From positions 416,001 to 480,000 of the forward strand of contig CAWDVE010000016.1 in assembly GCA_963805625.1 (NCBI GenBank): a stretch of DNA of 64,000 bases. Reading direction: 5' to 3'. The stretch is from an uncultured Candidatus Rokubacteria bacterium. GTDB lineage: Bacteria > Methylomirabilota > Methylomirabilia > Rokubacteriales > DASRDR01. The notes beneath the pieces are model-generated. The model was not told the DNA's origin. It did not search any database and saw only the letters and a program-made list of their open reading frames with translations. The translations under genes were made by a program, and so were the position numbers. Below, one piece after another: positions 1-9,503 of the stretch. How positions within the stretch are numbered: the first letter of the stretch is position 1; each line of letters opens with the position of its first letter.

Positions 1-230
1 TCGCTCTCGCAGCGCGCCGAATCCACCTCGTATTCCGCCAGGAGCACGTCCCGGACGGCCCGGACGCTCCGGGGTGTCTTGAGCAGCTCCCAGATGCGGG
101 CGCCGACCGGGTCCAGACCGTAGTAGACGCCAGCCTTCAGATGGACGATCGCGACCTCGTCCTCCAGGCTGCAGGACGCCTGGTCCTGCGAGGCCACGAC
201 GACCGTGTCCAGCGAGATGGCAGCATCCAT
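1..230 (-). CDS. PqqD-family / RiPP recognition element (lasso B1-like) protein, 3' end beyond window
   Basis: Hand translation from ATG at 230: MDAAISLDTVVVASQDQASCSLEDEVAIVHLKAGVYYGLDPVGARIWELLKTPRSVRAVRDVLLAEYEVDSARCES; YYGLDxVGARIWELL and LLAEYEVD are typical PqqD motifs. Absent from the ORF track. Confidence 0.85.
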   Translation of the reverse strand, partial: MDAAISLDTVVVASQDQASCSLEDEVAIVHLKAGVYYGLDPVGARIWELLKTPRSVRAVRDVLLAEYEVDSARCES

Positions 231-367
231 GGCGTCACGCGCCCCCCGGCGTGACGAGAGCTCGGCTCGCCCGCCGGCCGGAGCCGGTCCGGGTCCGATC
301 CTACTCGACACGCCCGCCCGCGACAATCATCCGCGCGCCGGAAGCGGGGCAGGGACGACCCGAGGGC

Positions 368-1570
368 TCAGGCCGTGCGGTGGAACTCTTCCTTTGCCGC
401 CCGGAGCGCGGCCGGCTCGGCGAGGAGATCGAGGGCGGTCAGGGCCAGCGCCTTGGCGCCGGCCACCATGCCCGCGCGCGCCAGCGGCGTGGCATTGTGC
501 TCCGCAAACTCGCGTGAGTGGCCCGGAACGCCGTCGGGCGCGGTGCGGATGTAGGGATGGATCGTGGGGATCGCGTGACTCACGTTGCCGGCGTCGGTCG
601 AGCCGTAGCCCGCCTGCCCGTCGTCGGGGTCCTCGGGGAAGTCGATGCGCCCGAGGTTCTGCTCGAAGAGCGCCGCCATCGCGGCGTTCGGCTTGAGCGG
701 ATCGTGGATCCGCGGATCGATGGTCACCTGGGCGCGGCACCCCGTGGCCGTGGCGACGCCTTCCACGGCCGCCTCAAAGCGGCGCCGCACCTCCTGGAGG
801 TAGACCTTGTCGAGCGAGCGCAGGTAGAAGTCCGCCGCGGTGTACTCGGGAATGATATTGGGCTGCTGGCCGCCGACCGTGATCACGCCGTGGATCCGGG
901 CGTCCGGGCGGAGCTGCTGGCGCATCGCGTCGAGCGCGTTGAAGAGCCCGATGACGGCGTTCAGGGCGTTGACGCCCCGCCACGGCCAGGACGACGCGTG
1001 CGCGGCCTTGCCGAAGTACTCGACCTTGGCCTTCATGAGACCGAGCGTCGGCCGCCAGACCTGCGTCCCGCAGCGCGGGTGGATCATCATCGCGGCGTCG
1101 ACGTCGCGGAACACACCGGCGTCCAGGAGCTTGACCTTGCCCGCGCCGCCTTCCTCCGCGGGCGTCCCCACCACGGTGATCCGACCGTTGAAGGGGAGAC
1201 GTGCCCCGGCGAGGCTCCTGGCGACGACCGCGAGCGCGGCGCCCGCCCCCGCCCCCGCCGTCGCGATGACGTTGTGGCCGCACGCGTGGCCGATGCCGGG
1301 GAGCGCGTCGTACTCCGCCATCACCGCGATCGTCGGGCCGTCCCCCGCCCCGGGCACCTCGGCGCGAAACGCGGTCGGCAAGCCACCCACACCACGCTCG
1401 ACGCGGCATCCCCGGCGCTCGAGGAACTCGGTCAGCCAGGCCGCCGCCTGCTCCTCCTTGAAGGCCAGCTCCGGGTGGGCGTGGATCCGGAGCGCGAGGC
1501 TCCACAGATCCTCGGCCATCCGATCGACGGCCTCGGTCACCTGAATCTTGAGGCGGTCCAGGTCACTCAT
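368..1570 (-). CDS. M20 family amidohydrolase (ACY1L2/AbgB-like)
   Basis: HPELAFKE, AEYDALPGIGHACGHN, GTPAEEGGAGK, GSTDAGNVS motifs; GGAGG upstream of ATG 1570. Confidence 0.9.
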   Translation of the reverse strand: MSDLDRLKIQVTEAVDRMAEDLWSLALRIHAHPELAFKEEQAAAWLTEFLERRGCRVERGVGGLPTAFRAEVPGAGDGPTIAVMAEYDALPGIGHACGHNVIATAGAGAGAALAVVARSLAGARLPFNGRITVVGTPAEEGGAGKVKLLDAGVFRDVDAAMMIHPRCGTQVWRPTLGLMKAKVEYFGKAAHASSWPWRGVNALNAVIGLFNALDAMRQQLRPDARIHGVITVGGQQPNIIPEYTAADFYLRSLDKVYLQEVRRRFEAAVEGVATATGCRAQVTIDPRIHDPLKPNAAMAALFEQNLGRIDFPEDPDDGQAGYGSTDAGNVSHAIPTIHPYIRTAPDGVPGHSREFAEHNATPLARAGMVAGAKALALTALDLLAEPAALRAAKEEFHRTA

Positions 1571-1684
1571 CGCGAGCCTCCAGGGGAAACGGTCAGGCGA
1601 CGGCGCGATCATGGGGCCACCGCGGGGGCAGGCTCCCATGCCCATCGCGGAGGTGTCAAGGCAGCCGGTGGCGCGCGACGCTCG

Positions 1685-2842
1685 TCACGGAGCGGCGGCG
1701 AGCCGCGCCCCCGCAGCGCGCCCGGTGGCGATCCTTGCCTCGAGGGAGGGGTGCGTCGCGAAGAGGAGCTCCCGCAGGCGGCCCGGGCGCCGTTCGGCGA
1801 GATTGAGCCGGCCGAGCCGCTCCATGGCGGCGACGAAGGCATCGGGCGCGCCGCTGACGTCGAGGGCCACGCGATCGGCCTCGCGCTCGAGTCGGCGCGA
1901 CCATGCCGCGACGATGGGCGTGGTGAGTAGCCCGACGGCGGTCAGGACCAGGGCCAGAAGGGGGAGGCCGGCGGGATCCGCGGACCCGGCGAGACCGAGG
2001 ACGCCCGCACCCGCGCGGAGGGCCCGATCGGCGACCCACAGCGCGCCCACGATGAGGATACTCTGGAGCAGAAGCCCCTTCGCCACGTGGCTCCTGGCGT
2101 GGTGCCCGAGCTCGTGCGCGAGGACCACCTCGACCTCCTCGACCGGGAACTCGCGGAGGAGCGTGTCACTCACGAGGATCCGCCGGGTGCGCCCGAGGCC
2201 GACGACGGCCGCGTTCGCGACGCGCCCCTTGCGCGAGAAGTCCGCGACGACGACCTCGGCCGCCCGCACCCCCATGCGGGCGGCGAGGGCGAGGATCCGG
2301 GCGCGCAGCGCCGGGTCCTCGAGCGGCGTCAACCGGTAGAAGAGCGGGACGAGCCAGATCGGGACCACGGCGGCCAGGACCACGATCCCCGCCGTCAGGA
2401 CACCGCTCGCCCAGAGCCACCACCGGTCCGGACTCCACCGGAGGAGACCGTAGACGATCTCGACCGAGAGTAGCCCGAGGAGGCCCCCGATGGCGAGCGC
2501 CTTCGCGCGATCGCCGAGCCAGCTACCGAGGCTCTGGGTGAGCAAGCCCGCTCGGCGGGGGAGGACGAAGCCGGCCACGACGTCGAGCGGAACAGTCAGG
2601 AGAATCTGCGAGGCGCCGATCGCCAGGGTGATGGCCGCGAGGACCGCCGCGGGGGAGTGAAGCCGCGTTTCGAGGACCGCGGCCAGGCCCGCCGCGGCGC
2701 CGCTCCAGCTCCACCACGCCAGGAGGACGACGCCGAGAGTGAGGTCGACGAGCGTCAGCGCGAACTGGCGTCGGTGGTACCGCCGGGCTCGATCCTCGTC
2801 CCCGTCGGTCGCGTGCATCGCTTCCAGCGTATCGCGGGCCAT
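1685..2842 (-). CDS. M48 family (Ste24/CAAX-like) membrane zinc metalloprotease
   Basis: Multiple TM segments, ANAAVVGLG, LAHELGHH (HExxH), EREAD, THPS; start uncertain. Confidence 0.85.
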   Translation of the reverse strand: MARDTLEAMHATDGDEDRARRYHRRQFALTLVDLTLGVVLLAWWSWSGAAAGLAAVLETRLHSPAAVLAAITLAIGASQILLTVPLDVVAGFVLPRRAGLLTQSLGSWLGDRAKALAIGGLLGLLSVEIVYGLLRWSPDRWWLWASGVLTAGIVVLAAVVPIWLVPLFYRLTPLEDPALRARILALAARMGVRAAEVVVADFSRKGRVANAAVVGLGRTRRILVSDTLLREFPVEEVEVVLAHELGHHARSHVAKGLLLQSILIVGALWVADRALRAGAGVLGLAGSADPAGLPLLALVLTAVGLLTTPIVAAWSRRLEREADRVALDVSGAPDAFVAAMERLGRLNLAERRPGRLRELLFATHPSLEARIATGRAAGARLAAAP

Positions 2843-2947
2843 CGAGCGCGACCACCGCGGCCTCCCGCGCCGGGTGTGCGGGTAGGGCTGCCGATCCGCC
2901 CCCGATCCGCCCAAGGTGTCCGAAACCCCGGTGGTACGATGGCTCGC

Positions 2948-4186
2948 GTGACTCGACCGCCTCCCGCCGAGCCCCGGGCGCCCGACGTGGCCGACACGCT
3001 CCCGGCCGGCGGCGCCGCCGCAGCGCGGGTCCTCCCCAACACCCGCGTGCTTGGCCTCCTGGCGCTGGGTCACCTCGTCGTCGACATGAATCAGGGGTCA
3101 CTGGCCCCCCTGCTCCCGTTCCTCAAGGCTGTCTTCGGTCTGTCCTACGCCACGTCCGGGGCGATCCTGCTCGTCGCCACCATGACGTCGTCGGTCGTCC
3201 AGCCGGTGTTCGGTTACCTGGCGGACCGGGCGACGCGGCGGTGGCTCTTGCCGTGGGCGGTGCTGCTGTCGGCCACGGGGGTGGCCCTGGCCGGTCTCGC
3301 GCCCTCGTACTGGGGACTGCTCGCGCTGGTCGTCGTATCGGGCCTCGGCGTTGCCGCCTACCACCCGGAAGGCTACCGGACCGCGAATCAGGTCGCCGGA
3401 GATCGGAAGGCGACGGGCCTCTCGCTGTTCTCGATCGGCGGGAACATCGGGATCGCCCTGGGGCCTCCCGCCGTGACCTTTCTCGTGCCTCGCTTCGGCC
3501 TTCCCGGAACCCTGGGCCTTCTGGGCCCCGGTCTGCTCGTGGCCGCGCTGCTCGCGACCGTTCTGCCGACGCTCATCACGACGCCGGCCAAGGGCGCGGC
3601 GGCGCGCGTGGCGCGAGAGGGCGGCCGGGACATGGACATGCGCGGGGCGATGGCGCTCCTGATCGGGGTCGTGACCGTGCGGTCGTGGACGCAGCTCGGC
3701 CTCGTGACCTACGTGCCCTTCCTGTACGTCGACCTTCTGGGCAAGGATCCGCGCCTCGTCGGACCGCTCCTGTTCCTCTTCCTCGGGGCCGGCGCCGTGG
3801 GCACGCTCGCAGGTGGTCCGATCGCCGATCGCTGGGGGTCTCGCCGCTACATCGTCGCGAGCTTTCTCCTTTCCGCCCCGCTCATCGCGATCTTCCTCTG
3901 GCGCCCGGGGGGCTGGCTCGCCGTGGCGGCGCTGGCCGCGACCGGCTTCGTGCTGGTCTCGTCGTTCTCGATCACCGTCGCTCTCGGCCAGGCGTACCTC
4001 CCACGAAGCCTGGGCATGGCCGCCGGGCTGATCGTGGGCCTGGCCATCGGCACGGGGGGCATCGGCGTGACGATTCTCGGCTGGGTTGCGGACCACTGGG
4101 GCCTGTACGCCGCTCTCCACCTGATCGCGGTCCTGCCGATCGCCGGGCTTGCCGTCGCGCTCTGCCTGCCCGAGCCGCGCGCGTGA
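2948..4186 (+). CDS. MFS transporter (Fsr fosmidomycin-resistance-like)
   Basis: GHLVVD, QPVFGYLADR, AAYHPEG, GGNIGIALGP; about 12 TM; start is GTG 2948 or ATG 2939. Confidence 0.85.
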   Translation: MTRPPPAEPRAPDVADTLPAGGAAAARVLPNTRVLGLLALGHLVVDMNQGSLAPLLPFLKAVFGLSYATSGAILLVATMTSSVVQPVFGYLADRATRRWLLPWAVLLSATGVALAGLAPSYWGLLALVVVSGLGVAAYHPEGYRTANQVAGDRKATGLSLFSIGGNIGIALGPPAVTFLVPRFGLPGTLGLLGPGLLVAALLATVLPTLITTPAKGAAARVAREGGRDMDMRGAMALLIGVVTVRSWTQLGLVTYVPFLYVDLLGKDPRLVGPLLFLFLGAGAVGTLAGGPIADRWGSRRYIVASFLLSAPLIAIFLWRPGGWLAVAALAATGFVLVSSFSITVALGQAYLPRSLGMAAGLIVGLAIGTGGIGVTILGWVADHWGLYAALHLIAVLPIAGLAVALCLPEPRA

Positions 4187-4300
4187 GGTATCATGTGGGC
4201 TCGTGCCGGAGGCCGCGGGTCGCGTGAGGGCGACCCCGTCGGGGACGCCGCCGGCCAGGCGGGCCCCGGGGCCACAGCCCCAATAGCTGAGGAGAAGGGC

Positions 4301-5212
4301 ATGTTCGCGTCCGTCGAAGAGGTCCAGGAGCGGTTCCGCGCGAGCCGGTACATCGCGAGCCGCCGCATCGCCACCGTCTTCTATCTCGCGAGCCGCATGA
4401 ACCGGCCGGTCCTCGTGGAAGGCCCGGCGGGGGTCGGGAAGACCGAGCTCGCCAAGGTGCTGGCCGAGACCACGGGACGCCCGCTGGTGCGGCTCCAGTG
4501 CTACGAGGGGCTGGACGAGGCCAAGGCGCTCTACGAGTGGAAGTACGCGAAGCAGCTCCTGTACACGCAGATGCTCCGGGAGCGGATCGGTGAGCTGATC
4601 TCCGACGCGCCCACCCTGCTCGAAGCCGTCGACCGCATCGCCCGGCAGGAGGACGCCTTCTTCTCGCGCCGGTTCCTCTCGCCGCGTCCCCTTCTCGGAG
4701 CGATCCTGGCCGACGAGCCCGTCGTGCTCCTGGTCGACGAGATCGACAAGGCGGAGGTCGAGTTCGAAGCCTTCCTGCTGGAGGTGCTGTCCGACTGGCA
4801 GGTCTCGGTGCCGGAGCTCGGCACCATCAAGGCGCGCCACATCCCGCTCGTCGTGCTGACCTCCAACAACGCGCGCGAGCTGACCGACGGGCTCAAGCGC
4901 CGGTGCCTGCATCTGTTCATCGACTTCCCGAGCGTCGGCGAGGAGCTGGCGATCATCCGGCTCAAGGTGCCCGAGGCGTCGGAGCAGCTCGCCCGGCAGG
5001 TCGTGAGCGCGGTGCAGAAGATCCGGGCGCTCGAGCTCCGGAAGGCGCCGTCGATCTCGGAGAGCCTCGACTGGGCGCGGGCGCTCGTGATCCTGAACGC
5101 CGACCGGCTCGATGCTGCCCTCGTCGAGTCGACTCTCACGCTCGTCGTCAAGCACGAGCGCGATCTCGAGCGGGTGAAGGCGAGCCTCGACAAGGTCCTG
5201 GCCGACTCGTAG
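4301..5212 (+). CDS. MoxR-family AAA+ ATPase (CoxD-like)
   Basis: EGPAGVGKT Walker A, RLQCYEGLD, LLVDEIDKAE Walker B, LTSNNAREL, LKRRCL. Confidence 0.9.
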   Translation: MFASVEEVQERFRASRYIASRRIATVFYLASRMNRPVLVEGPAGVGKTELAKVLAETTGRPLVRLQCYEGLDEAKALYEWKYAKQLLYTQMLRERIGELISDAPTLLEAVDRIARQEDAFFSRRFLSPRPLLGAILADEPVVLLVDEIDKAEVEFEAFLLEVLSDWQVSVPELGTIKARHIPLVVLTSNNARELTDGLKRRCLHLFIDFPSVGEELAIIRLKVPEASEQLARQVVSAVQKIRALELRKAPSISESLDWARALVILNADRLDAALVESTLTLVVKHERDLERVKASLDKVLADS

Positions 5213-5452
5213 CCCCACCGCCCGGATTCGTCGTGGCGCTGCTCTCGCCCGCCGAACTTGTCGCTGGGGTCCGGTTTGCCGCGCGCTTGCCCGGCCTGCT
5301 CCACGGCCTCTGGATCTCGAAGCCGCCCGATCCACCCTCGATAGGCGGCTGCGCGAGCGCGAGGCTGACTTTCTTGCGCGCGTGCGGGACGCCGCCCTTG
5401 GCCAACCCACCCGCTCGGGCCGGGATCGACGGGCCTCTGATAGGCTGGAGGG

Positions 5453-6874
5453 GTGGACGACCGGATCCTCGAGTTCATCGGCGACCTCAGACGGGCGGAG
5501 GTGCGCGTCTCGACCACCGAGGCGCTCGACGCGCTCCAGGCCGCCCAGGCGGTCGGGCTTCATGACCGCGACGACTTCCGTCACGCGCTCGCCGCGACCC
5601 TCGTCAAGGAGACGCGCGACCTCGTCACGTTCGAACGGATCTTCGACCTCTACTTCTTCGACCTGAAGGGGCTCGGGGCGGAGGCCGCCAAGGCCCTCGG
5701 TCGCGAGGATCCGTGGGCGCGGGCGCTCCTCGAGCGTCTGCTCGAGCAGGACAGCGACCTCGATGTGGACCCCCTGGCGGAGATGCTGCTCCTGTCCGAT
5801 GCGTCCTCACTCGAGCTGGCGGTGCGACAGGGCGGGCGGGGCATCGGGCTCGAGCGCCTCTTCTACTTCCTCCAGGTCGGCTACTTCACCCGCAAGATCT
5901 GGGATCAGTTCCCGTGGCAGGAGATCGAGGCGGATCTCGAGGCCCTGCTGCGCGCCGCGGAAGAGCAGGGGATGGACCCGGGCGCGCTCGCTCGTCTCCG
6001 CACCTACATGGAGCTCCGGCTCGAGGCGTTCCGGCGGCTCGTCCGCCAGCACGTCGAGCGGGAGCTGGCGCGCCGGGGACACGGCCAGGCCGACCGCCTC
6101 CGGCGGGACCTCCTGGCCGAGAAGCCGCTCTTCACGCTGTCGGCCGACGAGGTCGCCCAGATGCAGGCCGTGGTCGCCCGGCTCGCCCGGCGGATCAAGG
6201 ATGCGCTCGCCCTCCGGCAGCGGCGGGAGCAGCAGGGCAAGCTCCACATGCAGCGCACCCTGCGCGCGAGCCTCCCGTACGGCGGGGTACCGATCGAGCT
6301 CCGGTGGCGCCGCCGGCGCCGGGAGAAGCCGCGTCTGGTCACGCTCTGCGACGTGTCCGACTCCGTGCGGAACGCCTCGCGCTTCATGCTCCAGCTCGTC
6401 TGGAACCTGCAGGAATGCTTCTCCAAGGTGCAGAGCTTCGCCTTCGTCTCGGAGATCGCCGAGGTGTCCGAGTCGTTCCGGACGCTCCCCGTGGAGCGCG
6501 CCGTCGAGTACGCGCTCGGGCACGCGCCGATCGACTACCATAGCCGCTCGGACTTCGGCTACGCGTTCGCGCGGTTCTGCCGGGAGTCGCTCGATCGGCT
6601 CGACCGGAAGACGACACTCCTGATCCTGGGGGACGCGCGAAACAACTACAACGACCCGCAGGCCTGGGCGCTCCGGCTCATGCGCGAGCGCGTGAAGGGG
6701 ATCATCTGGCTGAACCCCGAGGGGCAGTGGGGGTGGGGGGTGGGCGACTCCGTGATGCCGCTCTACGCGCCCCACTGCGACCTCGTGCGCGAGTGCCGCA
6801 CGCTCACCCAGCTGGCGGAGGTCGTCGACGGCCTCGTCCAGGGGTGGTGGCGCCGCCGCGGCGCCGTGCGGTAG
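5453..6874 (+). CDS. CoxE-like VWA domain protein
   Basis: LCDVSDS MIDAS-like motif, LILGDARNN, WLNPE, GDSVM; follows the MoxR gene. Confidence 0.88.
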   Translation: MDDRILEFIGDLRRAEVRVSTTEALDALQAAQAVGLHDRDDFRHALAATLVKETRDLVTFERIFDLYFFDLKGLGAEAAKALGREDPWARALLERLLEQDSDLDVDPLAEMLLLSDASSLELAVRQGGRGIGLERLFYFLQVGYFTRKIWDQFPWQEIEADLEALLRAAEEQGMDPGALARLRTYMELRLEAFRRLVRQHVERELARRGHGQADRLRRDLLAEKPLFTLSADEVAQMQAVVARLARRIKDALALRQRREQQGKLHMQRTLRASLPYGGVPIELRWRRRRREKPRLVTLCDVSDSVRNASRFMLQLVWNLQECFSKVQSFAFVSEIAEVSESFRTLPVERAVEYALGHAPIDYHSRSDFGYAFARFCRESLDRLDRKTTLLILGDARNNYNDPQAWALRLMRERVKGIIWLNPEGQWGWGVGDSVMPLYAPHCDLVRECRTLTQLAEVVDGLVQGWWRRRGAVR

Positions 6875-6895
6875 CCACCTCTGCCGCTCCCGCGC

Positions 6896-8005
6896 TCAGC
6901 GCAGGACGGCGATCTTGCGACGCTCGATCAACTCGGAGTCGATCCGGGCCCCGAGTCCCGGGCCCCTCGGGGCGTGGACGAGGCCCTGGCCGTCGACCTC
7001 GACGTCCTCGACCAGCCCGTACTTCTGGGCGCCGGCGGGCAGCAGCACCTCGAAGAACTCACAGTTCCGGATCGCCATGATGACGTGGAGGTTCGCCACA
7101 TTGTTGAGCGAGTTGCCGCCGTGGTGCACCTCGTAGTTCATGTGGAAGGCTTCCGCGAGGTGGGCGGCCTTGACGCACGCCGTGATCCCGCCCTTGACCG
7201 CCACGTCGCCCCGGAGGAAGTCCGTCGCCCGCGCGAGGAGCCACGGGGCGTAGGCGGTGAAGCCGCCCGGCGAGTACTCGGTGGCGAGGATGGGGATGCG
7301 GAGGTGCTGCTTGAGTTTGACGTAACTGTAGAGATCGTCGTCGGCGAGCGGATCCTCGTACCAGTGGTACCCGAGCGCCTCGATGGCCTCGCCGACCCTG
7401 AGCGCAGTCGGGTAGTCGTAGGCCCAGCTCCCGTCCAGCATCACCGTGAACCCGTCCCCGACCGCACGACGTACGGCGCGGCACACCGCGATGTCCGTCG
7501 CTGGATCAGTCGGCGGATGGATCTTGTACGCGGTCCAGCCGTCGGCCTTGAAGCGTTCGGCCTCGTCGCCGTAGGCCTCGGGTGAACTGAGCACGGCGGA
7601 ACTGGCGTACGCGCGGACGCGGTCGCGGTACGAGCCGAGCAGGCGATGGACCGGCAGCCCCGCGATCTTGCCGGCAAGGTCCCAGAGCGCCACGTCCACG
7701 GCGCCGATGGCCCGCGCCGTGGTCGACCGGCTCCGCTGCCAGAGGGCGTGGTAGAGCCGCTCGCGCTCGAGCGGATCCTGGCCCAAGACGACGGGCTTCA
7801 GCACCTCGACCAGGGAGACCGCGTCGAGGTGCGCGCCGCGCATCGCGGAGCCCAGGAAGGCCTGCCCCTCGACACCGTCATCCGTCGCGAGCGTGAGAAG
7901 GCCGAGCTGGCTCTCGCCGCCGAACCGGCCGGTGTGACGGCCGTAGGTCGTCGGGGGAATGCCCGGCCAGGCGAACAGCGTGAGTGTGATGTCGGTGATC
8001 TTCAT
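6896..8005 (-). CDS. Mandelate racemase/muconate lactonizing enzyme (enolase superfamily)
   Basis: AVDVALWDLAGK, YKIHP, WYEDP, GPGLG. Confidence 0.88.
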   Translation of the reverse strand: MKITDITLTLFAWPGIPPTTYGRHTGRFGGESQLGLLTLATDDGVEGQAFLGSAMRGAHLDAVSLVEVLKPVVLGQDPLERERLYHALWQRSRSTTARAIGAVDVALWDLAGKIAGLPVHRLLGSYRDRVRAYASSAVLSSPEAYGDEAERFKADGWTAYKIHPPTDPATDIAVCRAVRRAVGDGFTVMLDGSWAYDYPTALRVGEAIEALGYHWYEDPLADDDLYSYVKLKQHLRIPILATEYSPGGFTAYAPWLLARATDFLRGDVAVKGGITACVKAAHLAEAFHMNYEVHHGGNSLNNVANLHVIMAIRNCEFFEVLLPAGAQKYGLVEDVEVDGQGLVHAPRGPGLGARIDSELIERRKIAVLR

Positions 8006-8281
8006 CGCTCGCCTCGGGCTCGGGGTATCGGCGAGCCGGGCACCCGACACACCGCGGGAACGCCCGGCGGCGCCCGGGGAGATCGTACACCGCCCCGATC
8101 CCGCCCGCCGCCGTCCGCTACAATGGCGATGCTGGAGCGCCGTTGTGGCGCCGTTGGCGGTGACGCTCGCCCGTGCTGTTTGCCCTCGAGACTCTAGAGT
8201 ATCGAGGGAGGGCGGTCAAACCACGGCGGCCCCGCTGGTGCCGGGGGCCCGTTCGGGGAGCATCCGCCCGGCGTGGCTGAC

Positions 8282-8977
8282 TCAGACCGCCAGCAGCGTC
8301 CCGGTCACGTCCGCGGCGGCGTCGCTCGCCAGGAACAGGATCGCTCGCGCCACCGACTCCGGCGTCACCCAGCCGCGCCGGTCCGCGGTCGGCATGGCGC
8401 GCCGGTTCGCCTCGGTGTCCATCGTGCTGGGCAAGACCGCGTTGACGGTGACGCCGCGTCCCCGGACCTCCTCGGCGAGCGCCTGGGTCAGCGCGATCAC
8501 GCCGGTCTTCGCCACGGTGTAGGCGAGAAAGCCCCCGGCGGGCGGGACGACGGAGCGGGACGCGACATTGACGATGCGGCCACGGCCGGCGGTCAGCATC
8601 GCGGGGAGCGCCGCGCGGCAGCAGAGGTAGGCGCTGCGGAGGTTCACGGTGAGCATGGCGTCCCAGGCGCGCTCGTCGGTGGCCAGGAGATCGCCCGCGG
8701 CGAACGCGCCGACAGCGTTCACGAGGGCGTCGAGCCGCCGGTGGCGCGCCGTCACCTCGTCGACGAGCCGGCGGACGCTCTCCCCATCGGTCACGTCGGC
8801 CTGGACTCCGTGGAGGCGTTCCCGAGCCGACAGGGAAGCGCGCCCGGCCAGGGCGTCCCGGTCGCGCGCGTCGCGGTAGGTCACGACGGTCGTCGCACCA
8901 GTCTCGAGGGCGCCGAGCGCGACGGCGACGCCCAGCGCGCCCGTTCCCCCCGTCACGAGCACCACGCGGTCTCGCAT
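8282..8977 (-). CDS. SDR oxidoreductase
   Basis: TGGTGALG, YTVAK (YxxxK), NAVLPSTMDT. Confidence 0.9.
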   Translation of the reverse strand: MRDRVVLVTGGTGALGVAVALGALETGATTVVTYRDARDRDALAGRASLSARERLHGVQADVTDGESVRRLVDEVTARHRRLDALVNAVGAFAAGDLLATDERAWDAMLTVNLRSAYLCCRAALPAMLTAGRGRIVNVASRSVVPPAGGFLAYTVAKTGVIALTQALAEEVRGRGVTVNAVLPSTMDTEANRRAMPTADRRGWVTPESVARAILFLASDAAADVTGTLLAV

Positions 8978-8996
8978 CGCGTCCTCCAGGCGGCAC

Positions 8997-9503
8997 TCAG
9001 GCCGGGAGCCGCCAGAGCGGCGCCGCCGATGGCTCCCCCGTGAGGCGGAACTGCGGAAGGGCCCCGTCGGGGCCGAGGCGCTGGAAGCAGACCTCGACCC
9101 GCGCGCCGATCGCCACGCGCTCCTCCCGCTCGGGCTGGAAGTCGTGGGTCACGAGGTTCGTGACGAGCCGGATCCCGTCGTCGGGCGTCGGCGCCCCGCG
9201 CTGCTCGTCGAGCTCGACCACGACGACCGGATAGGGGGCCCAGTCCCGGAAACCGGGCTGGATCGCCTGAACGACGATCACGTACGAGTGGATCACGCCG
9301 CGCCCGCTCACCGCCGTCCATGTCCAGGCCAGCGAGGCGCACCACGGGCAGCCCGCACCGGGCGGATAGCGGAATCGCCGGCAGTCCGCGCACCTACGGA
9401 TCACGAGCCGCCCTTCCTGCGCGGCCTGGAAGTAGCCGTGCCATTCCGAGTCGGTCTCCGGCACGTTCAGCGCCATGCCGCGGTAGACGACGGGCTCAGG
9501 CAC
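8997..9503 (-). CDS. DUF35 Zn-ribbon/OB-fold protein
   Basis: CADC..CPWC zinc ribbon, SGRGVIHSY, PYPVVVVELDE; overlaps the thiolase-like gene. Confidence 0.9.
   Translation of the reverse strand: MPEPVVYRGMALNVPETDSEWHGYFQAAQEGRLVIRRCADCRRFRYPPGAGCPWCASLAWTWTAVSGRGVIHSYVIVVQAIQPGFRDWAPYPVVVVELDEQRGAPTPDDGIRLVTNLVTHDFQPEREERVAIGARVEVCFQRLGPDGALPQFRLTGEPSAAPLWRLPA

Noticed and set aside
5148-5405. 85-aa minus-strand ORF or ncRNA in the MoxR-VWA gap
   Set aside because: No SD or recognisable motif, and a single hairpin is not enough to call an RNA.
3098-5584. 828-aa minus-strand ORF and many other long Arg/Pro/Gly-rich ORFs (e.g. 38880-40973, 49840-51723, 51404-53425)
   Set aside because: High-GC shadow ORFs overlapping well-supported genes, with no motifs.
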